A stretch of DNA of 64,000 bases, taken from Candidatus Omnitrophota bacterium. GTDB taxonomy: Bacteria; Omnitrophota; Gorgyraeia; Zapsychrales; Zapsychraceae. A program made the position numbers and the translations under genes. Location of the stretch: positions 284-64,283 of the forward strand of contig JAJDCB010000006.1 in NCBI GenBank assembly GCA_029261065.1, written 5' to 3'. Below, piece after piece: positions 37,962-47,254 of the stretch (positions are counted from its first letter, which is position 1; every line of letters starts with the position of its first letter). The notes under the pieces are model-generated. The model saw nothing but the letters and a program-made list of their open reading frames with translations, was not told the origin of the DNA and did not search any database.

Positions 37962-38747
37962 ATGAAATTAAAAATTATCGCAATCGTTATGGTTCTATGT
38001 TTGATCCCCCAACTGAGCTTTGCTGGATTTGATTGGCTTAAGAAAAAGGCAAAAGAAATGAAAGAGAGTTCACTCGATAGCGTACTAAGTTCTGATAATG
38101 CCTCCGACACGTCCTCAACACAATCTTTAACCGATATTAAATTAAGTGAGACAAAAATTGGAGCTGGTTTAAAAGAAGCGCTTAAGATAGGTATCAACAA
38201 CACAATAGAGGCCGCCAGCCAGAAAAACAGTTATTTAAATAATGAAAATATTAAAATTATGCTACCCGAAAGATTGAAACTCCTGGATTCTGGACTTCGA
38301 AGATTGGGTTATGGCGAGAAGGTTGATGAATTTATTCTTAGCATGAATCGCTCAGCAGAAAAAGCAGCCCCTTACGCGAGGGATATTTTTCTTGATGCTC
38401 TTTTAGATATGAGTATTGATGATGCAAAAAAACTCTATGCCGCCTCCGACACAGCGGCAACGGAATACTTCAAAGACAAAACTTACAAGAAACTTCAAGA
38501 AGCCTTTAAGCCTTCTGTGGAAGCTACGATCAAAGAATTTGATGTCACGCGTAAGTACAGTGACATCACCGACAAATATAACAAAATTCCTTTTACAAAA
38601 AAACTACCTGATATAAGCATTGATAATTATGTCATTAAAGAAACACTCGATGGTTTGTATTATCTTCTTGGACAGGAAGAAACAAAAATTCGCAATAATC
38701 CTGCAGCGCGCGTTACTGACTTGTTAAAAAAAGTATTTAAAAAATAA
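37962..38747 (+). CDS. periplasmic DUF4197-family protein
   Basis: Signal peptide. IGAGLKEALKIGINNTIEAASQKNSYLNNENIKIMLPE matches the DUF4197 core pattern. Confidence 0.55.
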   Translation: MKLKIIAIVMVLCLIPQLSFAGFDWLKKKAKEMKESSLDSVLSSDNASDTSSTQSLTDIKLSETKIGAGLKEALKIGINNTIEAASQKNSYLNNENIKIMLPERLKLLDSGLRRLGYGEKVDEFILSMNRSAEKAAPYARDIFLDALLDMSIDDAKKLYAASDTAATEYFKDKTYKKLQEAFKPSVEATIKEFDVTRKYSDITDKYNKIPFTKKLPDISIDNYVIKETLDGLYYLLGQEETKIRNNPAARVTDLLKKVFKK

Positions 38748-38762
38748 CCGATCAACTCGTGC

Positions 38763-39605
38763 TTACTTTTCGTTCTTCACTGACTGGGCTGCGTCCCAAG
38801 CAATCATTGTCGATTTTCGCACCTCCCCCCAACGGTATTGCCCTATGATGCCGGTTTCTCTAATAACGCGATGACATGGAATGACATAAGCTATTGGATT
38901 CTTTCCAATCGCTGATCCAACAGCGCGAGCGGACTTTGGTTGTCCGATCATCTTGGCTATATCGCCATAGGATAACAACTGTCCTTGAGGAATTTTTAAC
39001 AACGCCTCCCAAACCTTGATTTGAAAACCCGTTCCTTTAAGATCTAATATCATCCTTTTACTTGGAGAAGTTTGTTTATTCAAAAAATTCATCACCACCA
39101 AGGACTGCTTTCCCTTTTTTTCTAGCATTTGAGCATTTTTCCATTTGGATGTTAATTCGTCTAAAGCTGTTTTTCTATTTGGCACAAAACTCAAATGACA
39201 AATGCCTTTTGGTGTCTCTGCTATAAGAACATCACCAAACAAGCTGTTGTAAAAACCATATAAAATTCGAACCTCATCGCCTTGACTTTTATACTCACCA
39301 GGGCTAACGGACTCTATTTTAACAAATAAGTCATGCAACCGTCCCGTTCCGCTTAGCCCAACGTCATAAGACGTTCGAAGAGTCGACGATCCTTGTTCTA
39401 GAAGTTTTTTAGCATGCTCAATTGTTAAAAACTGAATAAACGATTTAGGACTAACCCCCGCCCAATCTTCAAATAATCTCTGAAAATGAAATTTACTTAA
39501 ATGAACGTGATGCGCAATCTCATCTAAAGAAGGCTGATTTTGATAATTGTCTTTTAAAAATGTAATAGCCGCTTCGATGCGGGAATAGTTAAGAGAAGAA
39601 TTCAT
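38763..39605 (-). CDS. Ada-like bifunctional protein: AraC-type HTH fused to O6-methylguanine-DNA methyltransferase
   Basis: N-terminal AraC HTH (LDEIAHHVHLSKFHFQRLFEDWAGVSPKSF) and C-terminal MGMT active-site motif IPCHRVI. Confidence 0.8.
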   Translation of the reverse strand: MNSSLNYSRIEAAITFLKDNYQNQPSLDEIAHHVHLSKFHFQRLFEDWAGVSPKSFIQFLTIEHAKKLLEQGSSTLRTSYDVGLSGTGRLHDLFVKIESVSPGEYKSQGDEVRILYGFYNSLFGDVLIAETPKGICHLSFVPNRKTALDELTSKWKNAQMLEKKGKQSLVVMNFLNKQTSPSKRMILDLKGTGFQIKVWEALLKIPQGQLLSYGDIAKMIGQPKSARAVGSAIGKNPIAYVIPCHRVIRETGIIGQYRWGEVRKSTMIAWDAAQSVKNEK

Positions 39606-39682
39606 AATTTGAGTATAGATAAAACGTGAGGTTTGTGCAATCCGATAATTGCGGTTGGATAAATAGAGACTATTAGGCCTGT

Positions 39683-40189
39683 TTATTTGATCGTATCACT
39701 AAGAGTCGCTGCCATAGAAGATGGAAAGGCGACCAGAATAATCCTTTTAATGGCTAACATGTGATCTGTTTGCCAAGGGCATTTTTCTATGACTGTCAAA
39801 AAAAGTCCAACAGCCAATAATGATAACCCGTACGTCGCAGCAATACGTTTTATAAACTGAAAGACATGCCCTTTGAAATTAAATCTGTAAAAATTAAAAT
39901 ACACAAAACACATAATAAAAAAAACAGACATGCCAGCCACATAATAAATATTTTTCATAGGAAGTTGCTCTGATAACACCCATACTTCTTCTGTTAAGGC
40001 AACAGGCACACACAAAAGATACGACCCTACAATAATCTGAAACATATCTCGAGGTTTAAGCTCTACCTGAAAAGGAGTAACGATACTGTGAATCACTTTT
40101 CCTGTGTTGTCGACAATTGGCGTTACTTTTTGTAAATAACCCCCAATTCTTTCAACAAACTGCTTTATTTCTTTTTTGGGTTCTTCCAT
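39683..40189 (-). CDS. integral membrane protein, unknown function
   Basis: 168 aa with 3-4 hydrophobic helices. Confidence 0.4.
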   Translation of the reverse strand: MEEPKKEIKQFVERIGGYLQKVTPIVDNTGKVIHSIVTPFQVELKPRDMFQIIVGSYLLCVPVALTEEVWVLSEQLPMKNIYYVAGMSVFFIMCFVYFNFYRFNFKGHVFQFIKRIAATYGLSLLAVGLFLTVIEKCPWQTDHMLAIKRIILVAFPSSMAATLSDTIK

Positions 40190-40221
40190 ATTGATTTAAT
40201 TATACTACTGATCCTGTCTTT

Positions 40222-41499
40222 CTAAAAACTTTTCTTATATTTCAAGTAGAGCTTATCATCATTCACTGCTTTTTGCTTAGGATCCAGATCGTCCAAACTC
40301 TGCGTCTGCTTAACTTCGCGCTCAACTCCCACCGATAATTCATCGGTCACTTGATATTCCCCTTTAATCGTTTGTTTTTCTGTTATGATTTGGTTTTCCG
40401 TAATTTGTCGCTCCACCCCATAACCAATATCTAAATTTTCAGTGACAACTTTCTTAGCCTCTATCCCCTTCGTATCTTTCTCAAAAGTCACTGATACATC
40501 ATATATTCCCAATTCATCAGTAAATTTATTCGTTTTTCCTGCAAAAAAATAGTAATCAATGAAATCTTTGGTTAATTCTTTAGAGGAAATCAACCCAGTA
40601 TCCAAAGAACTTTCTACACTTTGCCAACTCTTACCTGTAGCCAACATAACCATCAATTTTTCACGGCTAAATGAAGGCTCCGATGACAAAGTTAAATTTG
40701 ACTTCTCTAACACCCCGTTTAGCCCCAGCTGAATCTTTGTTTTCTCAACCTTTGCCTTACCCGATATATTAAAACTTGGTTGACTTAAAACCCCACTAAA
40801 ATTAATTTTACCGTTAATCTCTTTTATTGTTGATTTATGCGCTTTCAAAGATCCTTCACGAATTGTAATATTACCAAATAATTGAACGTCTCTTTTAATA
40901 TTTTTCAAAACAATGTCTAGATGCAACGGTGTCTGCATTAAAATAAAACCTTTATATAAAAACTTATTAATATTTAAATCACCAACCACACGCGGCTCTA
41001 GATAATCACCCTTTACATACAAATCAATATTCGTCACATCGCCTTTTATCGGTATAAGCCTCTTTAAATCTGGAAGATAACTCAGCACCTCATTGACATT
41101 AAATCCATTCGAATAAATATTAAAATCAAACTTCCGTTTCTGAAGAGTTCCCGAGATGATGATGGATTCAGATTCGGAAAAATTGATACGTGTATTTTCT
41201 AACTTTAGAAAAGCATTTTTATAATTAAGCTTTTCAACCTTTACAGTGAGTTGTTGAATTTTGATAATCGTACCAGAGGGGAGCTCTTGAATATTTGTTA
41301 TTTCAATATTTTTTAACGAAATTCCACGAGCAATGGTACCTGTTACACTCTTAAAGGTAATATTGTTTCCATAAGAATATTTCGAAATAAGAAACTCAAG
41401 AGTTTTTTGACTACCTGATGTCGTAAATAAGACAATGTAAATGACCCCAGTAATTATAGATAGGAAAATAACAATACATATAAGAATTTTTGTTTTCAT
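40222..41499 (-). CDS. N-terminally anchored beta-rich envelope protein, possibly short AsmA/TamB-like
   Basis: Single N-terminal TM (ILICIVIFLSIITGVIYIVLF) followed by a long beta-strand-rich periplasmic sequence. The assignment is tentative. Confidence 0.3.
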   Translation of the reverse strand: MKTKILICIVIFLSIITGVIYIVLFTTSGSQKTLEFLISKYSYGNNITFKSVTGTIARGISLKNIEITNIQELPSGTIIKIQQLTVKVEKLNYKNAFLKLENTRINFSESESIIISGTLQKRKFDFNIYSNGFNVNEVLSYLPDLKRLIPIKGDVTNIDLYVKGDYLEPRVVGDLNINKFLYKGFILMQTPLHLDIVLKNIKRDVQLFGNITIREGSLKAHKSTIKEINGKINFSGVLSQPSFNISGKAKVEKTKIQLGLNGVLEKSNLTLSSEPSFSREKLMVMLATGKSWQSVESSLDTGLISSKELTKDFIDYYFFAGKTNKFTDELGIYDVSVTFEKDTKGIEAKKVVTENLDIGYGVERQITENQIITEKQTIKGEYQVTDELSVGVEREVKQTQSLDDLDPKQKAVNDDKLYLKYKKSF

Positions 41500-41513
41500 A
41501 ACTAAAGAAAGCC

Positions 41514-42230
41514 CTAAACGAGATCGAATAATAAAAATTCAACTCGACTCAAAGCTTTTATCGTAACTTTTTCAACATCATCAACAGCGAGACCATCCCC
41601 TTTTGAAATTTCAATATTATTTGCTGTCAAAGTGCCGTCTATTATTTGAATCCACACACCACGGCCCTTATTTATCACAAACTCGGTTTGTTCTTCTATA
41701 TCTAGCGAACCGAAAAAAATATAGGCATCTTGATGAATATAGAGAACCCCGTCTTTCTTATCATTTGTAGCAAATAACTTTAAACCATTTACACTCTTTA
41801 AATTCTTTAATGTAAGTTCTTGGTAAGATGGTGTTAAATCATTTTCGTTTGGCATAATCCATATTTGATACATAAGGGTATGCTTATCCTTTGATGGATT
41901 AAATTCACTATGAACAATACCTTTTCCTGCCGTAATTTTTTGGACGTTTCCGGCCTGAATAATAGAACCATTTCCCATATTATCTTTATGTTGGAGTTCT
42001 CCCTCGATAATATAAGAAATAATCTCCATATTTTTATGAGGGTGCATGCCAAACCCCTTACCAGGATTAATCCGATCGTTATTCATTACCCTTAACGATC
42101 TATAAAACATATGTTGGGGGTCATAATAATCTGCAAAAGAAAATGTAAAGCGAACATCCAACCATCCATGGTTAGCGATCCCTCGATCATCTGATTTTCT
42201 TAATTTATAATTTTCTGGTATTTTCGTCAT
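41514..42230 (-). CDS. pirin-family cupin protein
   Basis: GFGMHPHKNMEIISYIIEGELQHKDNMGNGSIIQAGNVQKITAGKGIVHSE is the pirin N-terminal cupin signature. Confidence 0.85.
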   Translation of the reverse strand: MTKIPENYKLRKSDDRGIANHGWLDVRFTFSFADYYDPQHMFYRSLRVMNNDRINPGKGFGMHPHKNMEIISYIIEGELQHKDNMGNGSIIQAGNVQKITAGKGIVHSEFNPSKDKHTLMYQIWIMPNENDLTPSYQELTLKNLKSVNGLKLFATNDKKDGVLYIHQDAYIFFGSLDIEEQTEFVINKGRGVWIQIIDGTLTANNIEISKGDGLAVDDVEKVTIKALSRVEFLLFDLV

Positions 42231-42256
42231 AGCGAAACTTGGGCCCTATTAAAGTT

Positions 42257-42601
42257 TTATTCCCGAAAGAAGTACAGCGCTGCCGTTAAGCCTACGCCCA
42301 CTAAAAACAATATTATTGTTCCACGAAAAAAATAAGGATACGCCATTAAAGCGATGCCTATAAACATCGGTCGAAATTCAGAATTCTTCTTTCCATAAAC
42401 AAACGCGACAAAACCAATACTACCAAATAAGATTCCAGCTACTAAGCCCCATATTGAAAATCCAGCTATTAGACCATTACTCTCGACATTGCCGTCTGAA
42501 TACATTTGTGCGACTTCACCAACGAGCTCTTTTGTATCTTGAGAGTAAACCGTTGAGGTGATCAAAATTCCAAGAATTAAAAACAATAATTTCTTCATCA
42601 T
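42257..42601 (-). CDS. small membrane protein (signal peptide + 2 TM)
   Basis: 114 aa: MMKKLLFLILGILITSTVYS followed by two hydrophobic helices. Confidence 0.4.
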   Translation of the reverse strand: MMKKLLFLILGILITSTVYSQDTKELVGEVAQMYSDGNVESNGLIAGFSIWGLVAGILFGSIGFVAFVYGKKNSEFRPMFIGIALMAYPYFFRGTIILFLVGVGLTAALYFFRE

Positions 42602-42610
42602 TATTCTTCT

Positions 42611-42955
42611 TTAGCCACCATATTTTTCCGCACAATTAATACACATATTTGATTCCGGCAAAGCTTTTAATCGTTCGAACCCAATCATCCCCTTGCAATA
42701 CTGACACTGACCAAAGGTGCCTTCATCAATTTTTCTTAAACCCTCTTGTAATTTAAGAATGTTACTGCGTGCTGTTGCCAAATTAGCTTCTTGCATCTGC
42801 TGAATTTGTATGGCATCCATACGTGTCAATCGTCCTATCGCGCGGTCGGGCTCCACAGGCTTAGATGTCTCTTCTAAACTTTTAATGTTCGATTCGATAT
42901 CAGCCATACGCTGCTCAATGCTCGCTTTAAGTTCTGCTATTTCTTTAGGTGTCAT
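42611..42955 (-). CDS. DksA/TraR-family C4 zinc-finger protein
   Basis: N-terminal coiled coil plus C-terminal CQYCKGMIGFERLKALPESNMCINCAEK (C4 finger). Confidence 0.8.
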   Translation of the reverse strand: MTPKEIAELKASIEQRMADIESNIKSLEETSKPVEPDRAIGRLTRMDAIQIQQMQEANLATARSNILKLQEGLRKIDEGTFGQCQYCKGMIGFERLKALPESNMCINCAEKYGG

Positions 42956-43042
42956 CCAATGTCATCCTTTATCTTTATTTATGTCGATTTTTTTGACACA
43001 GGGGATTCTGGGAGGGATAACGCATTTTCCTAAAATATTAAA

Positions 43043-43420
43043 TTACTCACCAATGGCTTTTTTTATTTTCTTAAACAATTCATCAGCATTGAAAGGCTTA
43101 GCGATCGTAGGATAGAAAACCTCCTCAATATTTATGCCTTGAATCATCTTTTCATCATCTTTTGTTACAACCGCCGTCATAAAAATAATAGGAATAGAGC
43201 TTAAATTAGAATCGGCCTTCAAAAGTCTGACAGCATCCCCCCCATTCATATTGGGCATCATAATATCCATTAATATTAAATCTGGGTTTTCCTTTTTGAC
43301 AAGCGCAACGCCTTTTTGTCCATCATTTGCCAATAAAACGTCATAACCATTTGCTTCCAAACGAATTTTTACCATCTCAGCAAATTGAGGTTCATCATCA
43401 ACAATCAAAATTTTTTTCAT
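43043..43420 (-). CDS. single-domain response regulator (CheY-like)
   Basis: KKILIVDDEP ... DLILMDIMMPNMNGG ... at 125 aa. Confidence 0.85.
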   Translation of the reverse strand: MKKILIVDDEPQFAEMVKIRLEANGYDVLLANDGQKGVALVKKENPDLILMDIMMPNMNGGDAVRLLKADSNLSSIPIIFMTAVVTKDDEKMIQGINIEEVFYPTIAKPFNADELFKKIKKAIGE

Positions 43421-43501
43421 TAGTTAATTCTCCATTAAAGATTAATTAAACCTGCTTAATAAACACTTTTGGATCGATTGATCAAAATATCTCAACCTAC
43501 A

Positions 43502-45496
43502 TTAGATAATTTCATTAATAACTTTAATTAAATTTTCAAAGTTTCCTGTTTTAAGAATAATTGGAATTGCGCCAAAACTACTAGAGTCTCTTTGGACATC
43601 TTTTGTATTCTTCGCTGTTAAAATAATAACAGGAATAGATGCTGTATTCAAATCTCCTTTTAACCGTCCTAGAACTTCATACCCGTTCATTTTCGGCATC
43701 ATGATATCTAATATAATTAAATCCGGTTTACTTTCCTTAATCATCTTTAATGCCTCTTCCCCACCGTAAGCTGGTTCGACATGATAATTTTGATCTTTTA
43801 GCCGATACTTGAGGATATCAAAGACTTGCGGATGATCATCAACTATCAAAATATTTCTCTTTTTATGAACACCTTCCAAAGCAACCGATATTAATCCCTT
43901 TCTATCTTGGGCTGAACTTGGAAAAATAGCGGATCCATATTTCAAATCAACCTCAATTAGCTTTTTCTGATCATTAAACTGACATTTTGAAATTGCTTCT
44001 TTGATACGACCAATAGCAGCGTCTCCTCCCACTTCATTCGTTTCTGGCAATAAAGCATAAACGGTATTAAGATCATAAAGAAAAGCCTTATCAGCTTTAC
44101 GTGAATTAACTTGCTCGATAGTAACAAAAATTATATTGATGATCTTAAAAAGGACATCCTCACCAAAAGCACTTCTTATTTCTTGAAAATTCTTTAGAAA
44201 AATTAAAACAAACGTCACAGGCTTCTTAATAGCACGGGCTTTTTTCAAAACATTTTCAAAATAAAAATCAAACTCTGACTTAACAACTTCATATGTAGGA
44301 AGGGTAAAAAAGAAAACCGATCCTTCCCCAAGCTTACTTTCTGCCCAAATTTTTCCTTGATGCAGCTCAACAAAGTTTTTACAAATAGACAACCCCAAAC
44401 CTGTGCCTTTTATTCCAGCCCCATCTTCCCGTCCAAATTGTTGAAATTTTTTAAAAAGTTTTTGCATATCCTCTTTTGCAATGCCCTTTCCTGTATCTTT
44501 CACACTACAAAGAACATCTCCCTCTCTTTGAATTAAAGAAACATTAATACTTCCCTTTTCATGCGTGAATTTATACGCATTATTCAAAAGATTTGTAACC
44601 ACTTGTATAATTTTATCTTTGTCGATATTAAGATACACCTTATTTTCAGGCAAATTGACCGTCAAAGCAATTTTTTTCTCTTGAACAACTCTCTGATAAC
44701 AATCAACCGCCTCTTGAATAACTTTCGTAATATCCGTAAAATTTTGAAACAACTCCATCTTTCCCGACTCAATCTTTGATATATCTAAAAGATCATCAAT
44801 AATCCGACTAAGCCGTTCAAGATTTTCTTTTGAAGCAACCAAAAGACTTCTCTGTTTTTCATTAATCTCGCCTGCTAAACCATCAACAACAAGATTTATC
44901 CCTTCCGTCGATATAGCTAAAGGCGTTCTCAATTCGTGGGAAACCGTAGAAACAAAATCTGATTTAAGTTGATCCAACTTCAAAAGCTCTTTATTCTTTT
45001 TCTCCAATTTCTTATACAAAGAACGTAATTCTTTATTGGTTTTCTCAAGCCCCACTTTTTGAACTTCAAGCTCTTTATTAACTTCATGAATCTCATTTTC
45101 TAACCGTTTCTGCTCAGTAATGTCATCCCATATAGAAATAAAATGTGTTACATTTCCCTGTACATCCTTAATCGGAGAAACAATCTGCTCAGCGACATAT
45201 ATATCTCCATTCTTTTTTTTATTAATAACTTCCGATTTAAATTCCTTTCCCTGTGATATTGTCGTCCATAAAGAAACATAGTATTCCTTACTTTGCAGGC
45301 CTGAACTCAAAATTTTGGGCGATCGGCCAACAGCCTCTTTTTTGCTATACCCCGTTGTTCGCTCAAAAGCAGGGTTAACATACTCAATAATTCCTTCATT
45401 ATCAGTCACCATGACATGATTAGAAATTTGCTCCAAAGCAAAATAGAGTTCTTTTATTAATTTTGGTCTTATTTTTTTAGCTTGATCTTTATTCAT
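43502..45496 (-). CDS. hybrid sensor histidine kinase (PAS - coiled coil - HisKA - HATPase_c - linker - receiver)
   Basis: PAS (ITGYSKKEAVGRSPKIL), H-box VSHELRTPL, G-boxes (DTGKGI, GTGLGLSICK), and a C-terminal receiver (ILIVDDHP ... DLIILDIMMPKMNGYE). Confidence 0.85.
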   Translation of the reverse strand: MNKDQAKKIRPKLIKELYFALEQISNHVMVTDNEGIIEYVNPAFERTTGYSKKEAVGRSPKILSSGLQSKEYYVSLWTTISQGKEFKSEVINKKKNGDIYVAEQIVSPIKDVQGNVTHFISIWDDITEQKRLENEIHEVNKELEVQKVGLEKTNKELRSLYKKLEKKNKELLKLDQLKSDFVSTVSHELRTPLAISTEGINLVVDGLAGEINEKQRSLLVASKENLERLSRIIDDLLDISKIESGKMELFQNFTDITKVIQEAVDCYQRVVQEKKIALTVNLPENKVYLNIDKDKIIQVVTNLLNNAYKFTHEKGSINVSLIQREGDVLCSVKDTGKGIAKEDMQKLFKKFQQFGREDGAGIKGTGLGLSICKNFVELHQGKIWAESKLGEGSVFFFTLPTYEVVKSEFDFYFENVLKKARAIKKPVTFVLIFLKNFQEIRSAFGEDVLFKIINIIFVTIEQVNSRKADKAFLYDLNTVYALLPETNEVGGDAAIGRIKEAISKCQFNDQKKLIEVDLKYGSAIFPSSAQDRKGLISVALEGVHKKRNILIVDDHPQVFDILKYRLKDQNYHVEPAYGGEEALKMIKESKPDLIILDIMMPKMNGYEVLGRLKGDLNTASIPVIILTAKNTKDVQRDSSSFGAIPIILKTGNFENLIKVINEII

Positions 45497-45622
45497 TGTA
45501 GGCTCTTCATAATTTTAATACTCATCTTCTGACGTATGCTCCTTGAATTTACACTCTCAAGCATAACGCCAGTTCACTTATTATAATACTAGTATTAGAT
45601 TACAATAATTAAAAAATAAATT

Positions 45623-47254
45623 TTATAGATCGGCCTCTTGCTGTAGTTTTAATAACTTCGTGGAAACATATTTTTGATACATTCGCCTGTCAAAACACCC
45701 TAAAACATTCTCTTGTGAATCAATAACTGGGATAAATCCAAGATGGTAACGATCCATATAAGTCTTAGCTTCAAAAAGTGTTGATTGATCAGAAATCGTA
45801 TAATGAAACGATTGTTTAATATCCTCACCCAATAATAAATCGCCAGAATCTTCTAATAACAACGAATTCTTAATACTATCTATATTAATCGTACCTGTAA
45901 TCTTACCATCTTTATTAATAACAGGGTATTGCGAATATGGACTGTCACTAAAAATGTTTAAAATCGTCATTAAAGGTGTATTCTCTCTAATAATAGGATA
46001 TGCCGCATCTATGACGTCACTCACCATAATCGTCTTCATAAGATCTTCTTCCGTGACATTCTTTCCATCTTCATGAGCTTGGGTTATTGCCCACTTAACA
46101 CAAGGCGGCCCGATCAATTGCACAACAAATGTTGTTGCGGCAACAACATTAATAATTAATAAACCCGCCTGCTGACCTTCTGTTCCCGTCATACTTAAAT
46201 TATGATTGATAGATAAAGCAAGTCCCATAGCAACACCACCTTGGGTAAACAAACCAAAACCTGTATATTTAGTAACATCTTTCCTAGATTTTGTGATAAT
46301 ACCACCTAACATCGTCCCATAAACTTTCCCTAATGTTCTTGCCACCAAATAGGCCAATATAATACTTAACAATGTCACGTTTAAAAAAACATGAATATCT
46401 AACTGTGCGCCGATGGCAACAAAAAATAAAATGTAGAGCGGTGTCGACATTTCTTTAATCGTACCGAAAATCTTCTCACTAATTTTAGGCATCAAGTTAG
46501 CCATCGTTGCTCCAAAGGCCATACTTGAAAGAATTAAATCAAGATGCAGATACATCGATAACCCGACACCTGCACAAATCACGCCTAAAATAAATGAAGT
46601 AACCAAAGCATCTTCTTTAATATGCTTACAAACCTTAACCACAAATAGAGCACTAACAGCACCTAATAGCAGACATTCAAAAATTTCAAGGATAGGAACC
46701 CCTAAACCTTCCCACCAAGAAAAAGTTTGTTTAAGTATCATGGTCTTTGAAAAGACACTCACAAGGCCATAAAGAATAAGGGCAAGTGCATCGTCCAAAG
46801 CAATAATAGAGGTTAACGTTCGTGTGACAGGGCCTTTGGCTTTATATTCCCATAAAACATTCATTGTTGAGGCTGGATCAGTTGCTGAGGCAATGGCTCC
46901 CAAAATTAATCCTAGATACAACTTTTGAGTAATGAACGTGACAATAATCGCCACAGCCAAAAAGGAAAGAATCCCTTCAGCAAAAAGGATTGAATATATC
47001 GAACCTCCATGTTTTTTAAAAACAGATCCTTTTAATTCCGATCCAATAACACAACCAATGATGCCTAATGTAAAATTGACTAAAGGTTGCAAGGATTGAA
47101 CAATCTCTCCTTCAAAGACATGTAAGAAAGATTTACCAATCACCAGACCTAAAATAATATAACCAACCACCTGCGGAATTTTAAAACGTTGAAAAACTTT
47201 CCCGCTGATAGTTCCAAGGAAAATCGTTGATCCAACTAAAAAAAGAACATTCAT
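45623..47254 (-). CDS. cation:proton antiporter (CPA family) fused to C-terminal CBS-pair domain
   Basis: The first ~400 aa are polytopic Na_H_Exchanger-like (QVVGYIILGLVIGKSFL). The C-terminal ~130 aa have the CBS-pair pattern (IMVSDVIDAAYPIIRENTPLMTI... HLGFIPVIDSQENVLGCFDRRM). Confidence 0.7.
   Translation of the reverse strand: MNVLFLVGSTIFLGTISGKVFQRFKIPQVVGYIILGLVIGKSFLHVFEGEIVQSLQPLVNFTLGIIGCVIGSELKGSVFKKHGGSIYSILFAEGILSFLAVAIIVTFITQKLYLGLILGAIASATDPASTMNVLWEYKAKGPVTRTLTSIIALDDALALILYGLVSVFSKTMILKQTFSWWEGLGVPILEIFECLLLGAVSALFVVKVCKHIKEDALVTSFILGVICAGVGLSMYLHLDLILSSMAFGATMANLMPKISEKIFGTIKEMSTPLYILFFVAIGAQLDIHVFLNVTLLSIILAYLVARTLGKVYGTMLGGIITKSRKDVTKYTGFGLFTQGGVAMGLALSINHNLSMTGTEGQQAGLLIINVVAATTFVVQLIGPPCVKWAITQAHEDGKNVTEEDLMKTIMVSDVIDAAYPIIRENTPLMTILNIFSDSPYSQYPVINKDGKITGTINIDSIKNSLLLEDSGDLLLGEDIKQSFHYTISDQSTLFEAKTYMDRYHLGFIPVIDSQENVLGCFDRRMYQKYVSTKLLKLQQEADL

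Noticed and set aside
45560-45575. 12-bp palindrome AATACTAGTATT between the hybrid HK and the CPA-CBS antiporter genes
   Set aside because: It is short and AT-rich, so chance occurrence is plausible in a 35% GC genome. It is noted only as a possible operator.
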